Source of the DNA: an uncultured Solirubrobacteraceae bacterium
Lineage (GTDB): Bacteria > Actinomycetota > Thermoleophilia > Solirubrobacterales > Solirubrobacteraceae
Direction of reading: 5' to 3'
Length of the DNA: 64,000 nt
Assembly: GCA_963817295.1 (NCBI GenBank)
Contig: CAWFOF010000002.1
Span: 3,683-67,682, forward strand
Below the pieces are notes generated by a model. It was not told the DNA's origin. It saw only the letters and a list, made by a program, of their open reading frames with translations, and searched no databases. This document shows, in pieces, positions 20,713 through 29,480 of this stretch (positions within the stretch are counted from its first letter, which is position 1; every line of letters begins with the position of its first letter). The position numbers were made by a program, and so were the translations under genes.

Positions 20713-21065
20713 GCCCGTCGATATGGAACTGACCCCCAAGCGCAAGCGACCGGCCGGCGAGCCGTGCTGCGAGCCCGTCGTCTACCCCGACGTCGAGCGC
20801 GGAGCAGGCGCTGCGGATGGCGGAGGTCGCCAAGGCGCTCGGCGACCCGATCCGCCTGCAGCTCGTCGACGTCCTGCGCAAGCACGCGGGGAAGGTCTGC
20901 GTGTGCGAGCTGGTGCCGCTCTTCGACGTCGCGCAGCCGACGCTCTCCCACCACCTCAAGAAGCTCCGCGAGGCCGGGATCGTCGACTCCGAGCGCCAGG
21001 GCCTCTGGGCCTACTACTACGTCCGTCCCGAAGCTCTGAAGGAGCTGACCACATGGCTGAGCTGA
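20711..21065 (+). CDS. arsR: ArsR/SmtB-family metalloregulator (one frame switch near 20800)
   Basis: MPVDMELTPKRKRPAGEPCCEPVVYPDVERG (ORF 20675 frame) joins ORF 20817..21065, which reads MAEVAKALGDPIRLQLVDVLRKHAGKVCVCELVPLFDVAQPTLSHHLKKLREAGIV. Confidence 0.85.
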
Positions 21066-21853
21066 CCGACACCGAGATCCGCGAGACCGTCCGCGAGCGC
21101 TACGCCGCCGCGGCCCAGGCCGTCGCGGAAGAACCAGGGCTGCGGCTGCGGCCCCGCGGCCGAGAACTCGAGCTGCTGCGGCACCGACACGCTGACCACC
21201 GACGCTCAGCGGCGAGCAGGTCTTCGGCGAGGCGATGTACGACCGCGGCGAGGTCGAAGGCGTTCCCGCGGACGCCGTCCAGGCCTCGCTCGGGTGCGGC
21301 GTGCCCGACCGCCGTCGCCGATCTGCACGAGGGCGAGACGGTCCTCGACCTCGGGTGCCGGCGCGGGCGCCGACGTCCTCATCTCCGCCGGCCGGGTCGG
21401 CCCGACCGGCAAGGCCATCGGCCTGGACATGACCGACGAGATGCTCGCGCTCGCGCGCGCCAACGCGGAGCAGGCCGGCGTCGAGAACGTCGAGTTCGTC
21501 AAGGGCTACATCGAGGACCTGCCGCTCCCCGACGCCTCGGTCGACGTCGTCATCTCCAACTGCGTGATCAACCTGTCCGGCGACAAGCAGCAGGTGCTGC
21601 GCGAGGCCGCGCGCGTCCTGCGCCCCGGCGGGCGCTTCGCCGTCTCGGACGTCATCGCCGACCCCGACATGGACGAGGCCACCCGCGCCGACATGGCGCA
21701 GTGGACCGGCTGCATCGCCGGCGCGCTGACCGCGGCAGGAGTTCGACGGCGGCGCTGACCGCCGCCGGCCTCGTCGACGTCGAGATCCGCGAGACGCACC
21801 GCGTCCACGAGCACGCCGCCTCGGCGATCATCCGCGCGCGGAAGCCCGCATGA
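21053..21853 (+). CDS. arsM: Arsenite S-adenosylmethionine methyltransferase, frameshifted as assembled
   Basis: [21 protein letters not shown], then a manually read Cys-rich stretch GCGCG..SSCCG, then ORF 21294..21758 ([71 protein letters not shown]...[11 protein letters not shown]). The tail [26 protein letters not shown] ends at 21853. Confidence 0.85.
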   Translation: MAELTDTEIRETVRERYAAAAQAVAEEPGLRLRPRGRELELLRHRHADHRRSAASRSSARRCTTAARSKAFPRTPSRPRSGAACPTAVADLHEGETVLDLGCRRGRRRPHLRRPGRPDRQGHRPGHDRRDARARARQRGAGRRRERRVRQGLHRGPAAPRRLGRRRHLQLRDQPVRRQAAGAARGRARPAPRRALRRLGRHRRPRHGRGHPRRHGAVDRLHRRRADRGRSSTAALTAAGLVDVEIRETHRVHEHAASAIIRARKPA

Positions 21854-22688
21854 GCGACGAGGACATCCAGCTCAACGACCCGCAGACGCTCTACCGCCGC
21901 TGGGAGGACTCCCAGTGGAACCCGTTCGAGATCGACCTCGGCGCCGACATCGCGCAGTGGGAGAGCGCGGACGACGGCCAGCGCGGGCTGCTGCACTTCG
22001 TCCTCTCCTCGCTCATGGTCGCCGAGGAGCGCATCACGACGAAGTTCTCCGGGCTCGTCGGCGCACACGGGTCGGAGGAGGAGGCGACGTTCCTCGCCAC
22101 CCAGCAGGTCGACGAGGCGCGCCACATGCAGTTCTACGCGCGCTTCCAGGACGAGGTCGTCGCCGACCCGGCCACGATCGCCGCCCATGTCGACCGCGCC
22201 CGGGCGAGCGTCTCGGACGCCTTCCGGCAGATCTTCGACGTCGCGCTCGTCGAGGCCCACGAGCAGCTCGTCGCCGCGCCCGCCGACCTCGCCGCCAAGG
22301 TCCGCTTCGTCACGATCTACCACCTGATCCTCGAAGGCACGCTCGGCCTGACGACGTTCAAGTTCTCCACGGACTACCTCAGCCGCGAGGGGCTGCTCCC
22401 GGGCTTCGTCGAGGGCTACTCGAAGATCCACCACGACGAGACCCGGCACATCGGCTACGGCGTCTGGTACCTGCGCGAGACGGTCCGCGAGCACCCGGAG
22501 ACGGCCGAGGTCGTGCGCGCCACCCTGCGCGAGCTGCTGCCCTCGGTGGCGGAGTCGCTGCGGCCACCGGCCGACGGGGCCGGGCGTGCTCGGGCGTGAG
22601 CGAGGACGACCTGCGGACGTTCGCGCTCGACGGGCTCACCCGCCGCCTGAAGATCATCGGCGTCCCGCTCGAGAGCGTCTTCGCCTAG
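21850..22688 (+). CDS. R2-like ligand-binding oxidase (ferritin-like dimetal-carboxylate protein, RNR-R2 superfamily); one frame switch near 22570
   Basis: ORF 21850..22599 plus the tail of ORF 21915..22688. Motifs: QWNPFEIDLGADIAQWES, LMVAEERI, EEATFLATQQVDEARH, YHLILEGTLGL, IHHDETRHIGYG. The full E/EXXH/E/EXXH ligand set is present. The ATG overlaps the arsM stop (ATGA). Confidence 0.7.
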
Positions 22689-23333
22689 CGCCGGCGCTTC
22701 AGCGCGATGCCCTCGAGCAGGTGCGCGACGTGCTCGCAGGCGTCGATGCTCGCCTCGAGCGAGGCGAAGATGTCCTTCCAGCGGATCACGACCATCGGGT
22801 CGATGCCGTTGGCGAAGAGCGAGGCCATCGCCTCGCGGCTCAGCCGGTCGCCCTCGTTCTCCAGGCGGTGGATCTCGACGAGCGCCGGGCCGACGTCGTT
22901 GCCCGGTGCGCAGCCCGCGCAGCGCCTCGGCGACCTGCTCGCCCGCGCCGACGAGGACGTCGCACATGCGGTCGGCCTGTTCCATCGGCGCCTCGACGTG
23001 GTAGACGCCGAGCGTGTCGGCGGTCTGCTCGGCGTAGTCGACGACGTCGTCGAGCGCGGTCGCGAGGGCGTAGCCGTCGGCGAAGTCGAACGGCGCGCGG
23101 ACCTTGCCGGCGCCGAGCCGGTGGATGATGTCGTGCGTGATCCGGTCGCCCTCGTTCTCGCAGATGACGAGGTCGTTCGCGAGGTCGGCGCGCTCGGGGT
23201 AGTCGCTCAGGACGTCGCGCAGCAGCATCGTCGCGCGCTGCACGGTGCGGCCGGACTCCTCGAACAGGTCCAGGAGCTCGAGGTCGTAGCTGCGGCGAAG
23301 GAGCGCATCGTCCGGCCCAACGGTACGACGCAT
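22686..23333 (-). CDS. DUF47-family (PhoU-like, Pit-accessory type) protein; one frame switch near 22910
   Basis: ORF 22455..23333 reads LDLFEESGRTVQRATMLLRDVL...LVICENEGDRITHDIIHRL. The manually read C-terminus is IHRLENEGDRLSREAMASLFANGIDPMVVIRWKDIFASLEASIDACEHVAHLLEGIALKRR. No pit gene is adjacent. Confidence 0.7.
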
Positions 23334-23353
23334 CGCGCGGCGATCGCCAGGAC

Positions 23354-23386
23354 GTTCACGAGTCGTTCACACGCGTCTTCACGGGT
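23354..23386. promoter_or_regulatory. PHO-box-like direct repeats in the DUF47 / winged-helix divergent region
   Basis: GTTCACGAGTC (23354) and GTTCACACGCG (23365) are exactly 11 nt apart. A third, degenerate CTTCAC follows at 23377. Confidence 0.55.
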
Positions 23387-23395
23387 GCGTAACCC

Positions 23396-23795
23396 GTGGC
23401 GCCGGCCAGCTGCGGACGTGGAACTCGGCGGGAATTCCGGCCTCACGGAGGCGTGGACGTCCTGCACGTCGGTGCGCTCGAGATTCGCCTCGGCGAGGGC
23501 CTCGCCCTCGCCGGCGGGCGTGCCCTGCGCCTGTCGGTGCGCGAGTTCGGCCTGCTCGCCGAGCTCGCCCGTCACGAGGGCCGGATCGTGCGCCGCGAGG
23601 ACCTGTACGAGCACGTGTGGGGCACGCCGCTGCGCGCCGGCGACCGGACGATCGACGTCTACGTCCGCAAGCTGCGCGTGAAGCTCGAGCAGTCGCTGCC
23701 GCGAGTGGCGCTTCATCCACACCCACGTCGGCTTCGGCTACCGGTTTGCGCCCGAGCGTTCACACGACTTTCACACGGACGCGACAACTCGATAA
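23396..23795 (+). CDS. Stand-alone OmpR/PhoB-type winged-helix DNA-binding protein (no receiver domain); one frame switch near 23700
   Basis: ORF 23396..24133 reads LEIRLGEGLALAGGRALRLSVREFGLLAELARHEGRIVRREDLYEHVWGTPLRAGDRTIDVYVRKLRVKLEQSLP. The +1 frame then reads EWRFIHTHVGFGYRFAPE... with a stop at 23793-23795. Only ~60 nt of non-coding DNA lies upstream. Confidence 0.65.
23758..23779. promoter_or_regulatory. PHO-box-like direct repeats upstream of pstS
   Basis: GTTCACACGAC (23758) and TTTCACACGGA (23769) are 11 nt apart, ~80-100 nt upstream of the pstS ATG (23856). The RBS GAGGAG is at 23845-23850. Confidence 0.55.
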
Positions 23796-23855
23796 CAGAC
23801 TGTCGCGACCACGCTGTGAGCCTGCGAGCAGGCATGACACGACAGAGGAGATCAC

Positions 23856-24940
23856 ATGAGGTATTCCTGGCTGGCCGCCGGTGCGGCCGCCGTCCTCGCG
23901 CTCGGCGTCACCGCGTGCGGCAGCGAGCAACTCCAGCAGTTCCAGCAGCAAGTCCGGCGGGTCACTCACCGGAGCCGGCTCGACGTTCGTCGCTCCGTTC
24001 TACAACGAGCTCGCCTCGCAGATCAAGAGCAAGGACGGCCTCACGGTCAACTACAACGCCGTCGGTTCCGGCGCGGGTGTGGCGCAGTTCACGCAGAAGA
24101 CCGTCGATTTCGGCGGGAACGATTCGACCCTGAAGCCCGAGGAGATCACCGCGGCCAAGACGGCCGGCGGCAGCGCTCCGGTGCAGATTCCCGACCGTCC
24201 TCGGCGCGATCACGATCTCCTACAACGTCTCCGGCGTCGAGAAGGGCCTGAAGCTCGACGGCCCGACGATCGCCGACATCTTCTCCGGGAAGATCACGAA
24301 GTGGAACGACCCGAAGATCGCCTCGCAGAACTCGGGCACGAGCCTGCCCAGCACGGACATCACGACGTGCCACCGGTCGGACTCGTCGGGTACGACGAAG
24401 GGCTTCACCACCTACGTCGCGATCTACGACTCGACGTGGGAGAAGAAGATCGGCGTCGACAAGACGGTCAAGTGGCCCGGCGGCACGGGGGCCAAGGGCA
24501 ACGACGGCGTCGCCGCGTGCGTGAAGCAGAACGACGGCGCGGTCGGGTATGTCGAGGAGGCGTACGCGCTGCAGAACAACTTCGACACCGCCGCGGTGAA
24601 GAACAAGTCGGGCGCCTACATCGCTCCGACGCTGGACTCGACGAGTGCGGCCGGCGACGGCGTCGAGGTCGCGGCGGACAACACGTTCAGCCCGCTCGAC
24701 TCGCCGAACCCTGCGGCGTACCCGATCACCTCGACGACCTACATGCTCCTGTGGCAGGACGCCTGCAAGGCGGGGCAGAGCAAGGAGACCGCGACGGGCG
24801 GGCAGACGTTCGCGAGCTTCGCGCTCGGCGAGGGGCAGAGCATCGCCAAGCAGCTCTACTACGCGCCGCTGCCGTCGAACATCAAGACCCAGGCCCAGAA
24901 GTCGGTTGACGGCCTGCAGTGCGACGGCAGCGCCCTCTAG
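23856..24940 (+). CDS. pstS: Phosphate ABC transporter substrate-binding lipoprotein PstS, frameshifted as assembled
   Basis: MRYSWLAAGAAAVLALGVTACGS (lipobox), then GAGSTFVAPFYNELA...VGSGAGVAQF (ORF 23881 frame), a manually read middle (TVLGAITISYNV...CHRSDSSGTTKGFT), and ORF 24521..24940 (PITSTTYMLLW). Confidence 0.9.
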
Positions 24941-24966
24941 CGGGCTGACGAAGGGAACCTGGTCGC

Positions 24967-26013
24967 ATGGAAGCCGGAGCCGTCAGCAGCAGCAGCAACG
25001 GGACCCCGCCGTCCCCGTTGCATCGCTCGCTGGCGGCCCGGCTTCCCGACCGGGCGCTGCGCTGGACGCTCGGGGCGGTCGCCGTCGGCATCCTCGTCCT
25101 GCTCGTCTACTTCTTCTACACGCTCTACGACGAGTCCCGGCCGCTGCTGAGTCAGGTCGGGATCCTCGACTTCGTCACCACGAACGACTGGAACCCGGCG
25201 AAGAACCAGTACGGAGCCTGGGCGCTGGTCGTCGGCACGCTGATCACCTCGGCACTGGCGCTGCTCATGGGCGTGCCCGTCGCCGTCGCCGTCGCGATCT
25301 TCTCGGTCGAGCTCGCGCCGCTGCGGGTCAAGCGCCCGCTGACGGTCCTGATCGAGCTTCTCGCGGCTGTGCCGTCGGTCGTCTACGGCCTGTGGGGCGT
25401 GTTCGTCCTGATCCCGCGTCTCAAGCCGGCCGAGCAGTGGTTCTCCGACACGTTCGCGTTCCTGCCGTTCGTCGGTGGGCCGGTCGCGGGACCGAACTAC
25501 TTCATCGCCGGACTGATCCTCGCGATCATGATCCTGCCGATCGTCAGCGCGATCTCCCGCGAGGTCATCCTGACCGTTCCGGTCGAGCTGAAGGAGGGCG
25601 CGCTCGCGCTGGGGGCCACCCGGTGGGAGATGATCAGGATGGGCGTCCTGCCCTATTCGTGGGGTGGGATCGCCGGCGCCGGGATGCTCGGCCTGGGCCG
25701 AGCGCTCGGTGAGACGATCGCCGTGGTGCTCGTGATCGGGAATGCCCCGCGGATCGGCGAATCGATCTTCTCGCAGGGGTACACGCTCGCCGCCGTGGTC
25801 GCCAACGAGTTCGGCGAGGCCGCTGACAACAACCTGCACAAGGCGGCGCTGATCTCGTGCGGCCTCGTGCTGTTCATCCTCACGCTGATCGTGAACTTCA
25901 TCGCCCGCTGGATCGTCGAGGGCGCCGAGAGGCGCCGCCACGCGGGCGCACCGCCGGCCGAGCCCGTCGAGGCTCAGCCGTCGTTCACCCCCACGCAGAC
26001 CGGAGCGGCCTGA
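24967..26013 (+). CDS. pstC: Phosphate ABC transporter permease PstC
   Basis: Intact 348-aa ORF with multiple TM segments. It carries LKEGALALGATRWEMI and GLGRALGETIAVVLVIGN. Confidence 0.9.
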   Translation: MEAGAVSSSSNGTPPSPLHRSLAARLPDRALRWTLGAVAVGILVLLVYFFYTLYDESRPLLSQVGILDFVTTNDWNPAKNQYGAWALVVGTLITSALALLMGVPVAVAVAIFSVELAPLRVKRPLTVLIELLAAVPSVVYGLWGVFVLIPRLKPAEQWFSDTFAFLPFVGGPVAGPNYFIAGLILAIMILPIVSAISREVILTVPVELKEGALALGATRWEMIRMGVLPYSWGGIAGAGMLGLGRALGETIAVVLVIGNAPRIGESIFSQGYTLAAVVANEFGEAADNNLHKAALISCGLVLFILTLIVNFIARWIVEGAERRRHAGAPPAEPVEAQPSFTPTQTGAA

Positions 26014-26016
26014 ATC

Positions 26017-26890
26017 ATGGCGACGACCCACGCGACGCTCCTCGCCCGCCGCCCGAGCACGCGGCGGCGCGTCGTCGACAAGGCGATGCGCGGCATCACG
26101 ATGCTCGCCTCGTGCGTCGCGCTCGTTCCGCTGCTCTTCGTCATCTACTACCTGGTCTCGAAGGGCCTGCCGGCCTGGAACGTCGACTTCTTCACCACGG
26201 ATCCGACCGGCAGCTTCCTCGGCGACCCTGGTGGGATCAAGAGCGCGATCGTCGGGTCGGTCGTGATCGTCGCGATCGCGACGATCCTCGCGGTGCCGCT
26301 CGGCATCGCCATCGCGATCTGGCTGACCCAGTACGGAACGACCAGCTGGTTCGCTCGGCTCATCCGCTACCTCGTCGACGTCATGACCGGTGTGCCGTCG
26401 ATCGTGTTCGGCCTCTTCATCTACGGCGTCCTCGTCGTCGGCGGCGGCGGGTTCGCAGGCTGGAAGGGGTCGCTCGCGATCGGCCTGCTGATGCTCCCGG
26501 TCGTCGCCAAGTCCGCCGAGGTCGCGCTGATGCTCGTTCCGAACCTCCTGCGCGAATCGGCACTGGCGCTCGGCGCGCCGAAGTGGCGCGTGATCTTCAG
26601 GGTGGTGTTGCCCACCGCGTCGGGCGCGATCCTCACCGGGGCGCTGCTCGGCGATCGCGCGCGGTGCAGGTGAGACGGCGCCGCTGCTGTTCACCGCCTT
26701 CGGCCAGCGCGGCTCCACCACCGACCCGTCGCAGCCGATGAACGCGCTCCCGCTGCAGATCTTCAACGACATCGGCCAGCCGAACGACGCGCTCGTGGAG
26801 CGAGCATGGGGCGCCGCGCTCCTGCTCGTGGTCGGCGTCCTGGCCCTGACCCTCATCGCCCGCTTCATCCAGAGCCGAAGCAAGGTGTGA
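26017..26890 (+). CDS. pstA: Phosphate ABC transporter permease PstA (one frame switch near 26655)
   Basis: ORF 26017..26673 (LRESALALGAPKWRVIFRVVLPTASGAILTGALL) continues in a manually read frame: AIARAAGETAPLLFTAF...IARFIQSRSKV, with a stop at 26888-26890. Confidence 0.85.
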
Positions 26891-26994
26891 CACGATCGTG
26901 ACCGAACGCATGTCGACAGAACAGCCCGAGTCCCAGCCCGATCCGCCGGACACGCCAGCGCGCCGAGCCGCCGCCCGTCCCGGAGCGCGCAGAG

Positions 26995-27820
26995 GTGGCA
27001 CGCCCGGTCGCGCGTGAGCGCGCCGGCCGAGGAGCCGGCCGTCGGCCGTGGCGGAGGCGACCGGGCCACTCGATCTCGATGCGCGACCTCAACGTCCACT
27101 ACGGCAAGAACCACGCCGTCAAGGACGTCTCGATGGAGTTCGCGGGCAACGAGGTCACCGCGCTGATCGGCCCGTCCGGCTGCGGGAAGTCGACGGTGCT
27201 GCGGGCGATCAACCGCATGCACGACGAGACGCCCGGAGCTCGCGTCGAGGGCGAGATCCTGCTCGACGGCGCCGACATCTACGCGCCCGGACGTCGACGT
27301 CACCGCGGTGCGCCGCGTCATCGGCATGGTCTTCCAGAAGCCGAACCCGTTCCCGACGATGTCGGTCTACGAGAACGTCGCCGCGGGCCTGCGCCTGTCC
27401 GGCACGAAGGCCCGTGGCAAGCTCGACGACATCGTGGAGCAGTCGCTGCGCGGCGCCGGGCTGTGGAATGAGGTGTCCGACCGCCTGAACGCCCCGGGGA
27501 TCAGCCTCTCCGGCGGTCAGCAGCAGCGGCTCTGCATCGCGCGCGCGATCGCCAACGAGCCCGAGGTGATCCTGATGGACGAGCCGTGCTCGGCCCTCGA
27601 CCCGATCGCCACGCTGCGCATCGAGGAGCTCATCAACGAGCTCAAGCAGCAGTACACGATCATCATCGTCACGCACAACATGCAGCAGGCCGCGCGCGTG
27701 GCCGACACGACCGCGTTCATGCTGCTCGGCGACCTCGTCGAGCACAACCCGACCGGCAAGATCTTCAGCAACCCCGACGACTCCCGCACCGAGGAGTACG
27801 TCACCGGGAAGTTCGGTTGA
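26995..27820 (+). CDS. pstB: Phosphate ABC transporter ATP-binding protein PstB (one frame switch near 27290; start uncertain, conservative Met at 27079)
   Basis: ORF 26995 frame: [42 protein letters not shown] 27308..27820: [10 protein letters not shown]...[32 protein letters not shown]...[11 protein letters not shown]. Confidence 0.9.
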
Positions 27821-27843
27821 CGATCGTGGAGGACGCGAGCCGC

Positions 27844-28530
27844 ATGCCCACTCGTCAGCACTTTCGAGATCAGCTCGTCGCGCTCGAGGGCCAGGCCCTC
27901 GGCGCGCTCGACATCGTCGTCGAGCAGCTCGACCGCGCGCTCGAGGCGCTCGAGCACAAGGACTCCGAGCTCGCGACCTTCGTGATCGCCGACGACGACC
28001 GCGTCGACGGCCGCTATCTCGAGGTGCACCAGGGGATCCTCTCGCTGCTCGCGCTGCAGGCGCCGGTCGCGACCGATCTGCGGCTCGTCGCCGCGCTCCT
28101 GCACGTGATCAAGCACGCCGAGCGCATGGGCGACCAGTGCGTGAACATCGCGAAGCTGATCCCGCTCGTCGGCAACGAGCCGCCGGTGGTGCCGGAGCTG
28201 CTCGAGAAGGTGCTGCGGATGGGCGCGGCGGCGCGCGCCGAGGTCGTCGAGGCGAAGCTCGCCTTCCACAGCCGCGACACCGACCTCGCCGCGGACCTCT
28301 CGCGCCAGGATCGCGAGGTCAATCGCCTGAACAAGGAGGTCTTCCGCCTCGCCGTCACCGTCGGCGACAACGAGGACAAGCGCGAGTGGGCGATGATGAT
28401 GACGCTGGTCGCGCGCGCGATCGAGCGCGTCGGCGACAACGCGGTCGGTGTCGGCGAGCAGGTCATCTTCGTCGAGACCGGGCTGTTTCGCGAGTATCCG
28501 ACGGACGAGGACGGGGACGAGCCCGGCTGA
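27844..28530 (+). CDS. phoU: Phosphate signalling complex protein PhoU
   Basis: Met at 27844 within ORF 27586..28530. Motifs: DDRVDGRYLEVHQGILSLLALQAPVATDLR and ARAIERVGDNAVGVGEQVIF. Intact. Confidence 0.85.
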   Translation: MPTRQHFRDQLVALEGQALGALDIVVEQLDRALEALEHKDSELATFVIADDDRVDGRYLEVHQGILSLLALQAPVATDLRLVAALLHVIKHAERMGDQCVNIAKLIPLVGNEPPVVPELLEKVLRMGAAARAEVVEAKLAFHSRDTDLAADLSRQDREVNRLNKEVFRLAVTVGDNEDKREWAMMMTLVARAIERVGDNAVGVGEQVIFVETGLFREYPTDEDGDEPG

Positions 28531-28533
28531 AAC

Positions 28534-28553
28534 GGCGCGGGCTCACCCGCGCC
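28534..28553 (+). terminator. Stem-loop just after phoU
   Basis: GGCGCGGG-CTCA-CCCGCGCC forms a perfect 8-bp stem 4 nt after the phoU stop. There is no U-tract. Confidence 0.4.
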
Positions 28554-28557
28554 GCCT

Positions 28558-28579
28558 GTGAACAAGTCGTGAAACGCGC
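28558..28579. promoter_or_regulatory. PHO-box-like direct repeats (inverted orientation) upstream of the response regulator
   Basis: GTGAACAAGTC (28558) and GTGAAACGCGC (28569) are 11 nt apart, 50-70 nt upstream of the ATG at 28628. Confidence 0.5.
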
Positions 28580-28627
28580 GGGTGTGAGCCTCCAATCGCC
28601 CGCCGGTCCCCCTAGACTGCCGTCGTA

Positions 28628-29480
28628 ATGAGCTCCTGGACCAGCGCTCGCCCCGACACGGAACGTCCGGGCTCAGCAGCAACAGGCCCATCCCTCAGGG
28701 TCGCCGTGATCGACACCGACTCCGGGTTCCTGCAGGTGCTCGGCAAGCGCCTCGACCGCCTCGGCTGGGAGCACCGCACGCTCGCGGGCCCCGTGCCGAT
28801 CGAGCAGATCGTCGCGATGCGGCTGAGCGCGCTGATCGTCGACCTCACCGTCTTCGGCCCGCGCGCCTGGGAGGAGCTCGAGCGTCTCTGTGACGAGCTG
28901 CCCGGCCTCGGGATCATCGTCTGCACCGGCCGCTCGACCGTCGCCCAGCGCGTCCGCGGCCTGCGGATGGGCGCCGACGACTGGCTCACCAAGCCGTGCC
29001 ACCCGGAGGAGCTGATCGCGCGCGTCGAGGCCGTCGTGCGCCGCCGCCGGCGCACCGAGTCGCGCCAGGACGCGGAGCCCGTGCAGGCCGGCGAGCTCGA
29101 GATCCGCTCGGATCGCTTCCAGGCGTTCGTCGCCGGCCGCTCGATCGACCTGACGCGGCGCGAGTTCGAGCTGATCGAGCTGCTCGCCGAGGCCGGCGGC
29201 CGCGTGCTCGAGCGCGAAGAGGTCTACCAGCGCGTCTGGGGCTACGCGATGGCCCGCGGCGACCGCTCGGTCGACGTGTTCGTGCGCAAGCTGCGCCAGA
29301 AGCTCGAGAAGGCCTCGCCGCGACTGGCGCTACATCCACACGCACTTCGGCGTCGGGTACCGCTTCGCCCCGGAGCCCGTCGACGGCGCCGCGATGGTGC
29401 CGGACGCCCCGCCCGCCGACCTCGTTCCCGCGGCCCAGCCGGCGGACGAGCTGCCGGCGGCGCGTACGCTTCCTGCGTGA
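28628..29480 (+). CDS. OmpR/PhoB-family response regulator (PhoP candidate); one frame switch near 29320
   Basis: The receiver domain carries VAVIDTD, ALIVDL, IVCTGRS and WLTKP. The DNA-binding domain reads LTRREFELIELLAEAGGRVLEREEVYQRVWG...GDRSVDVFVRKLRQKLEKASP, then the +1 frame reads DWRYIHTHFGVGYRFAPE... with a stop at 29478-29480. No histidine kinase gene is adjacent. Confidence 0.8.
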
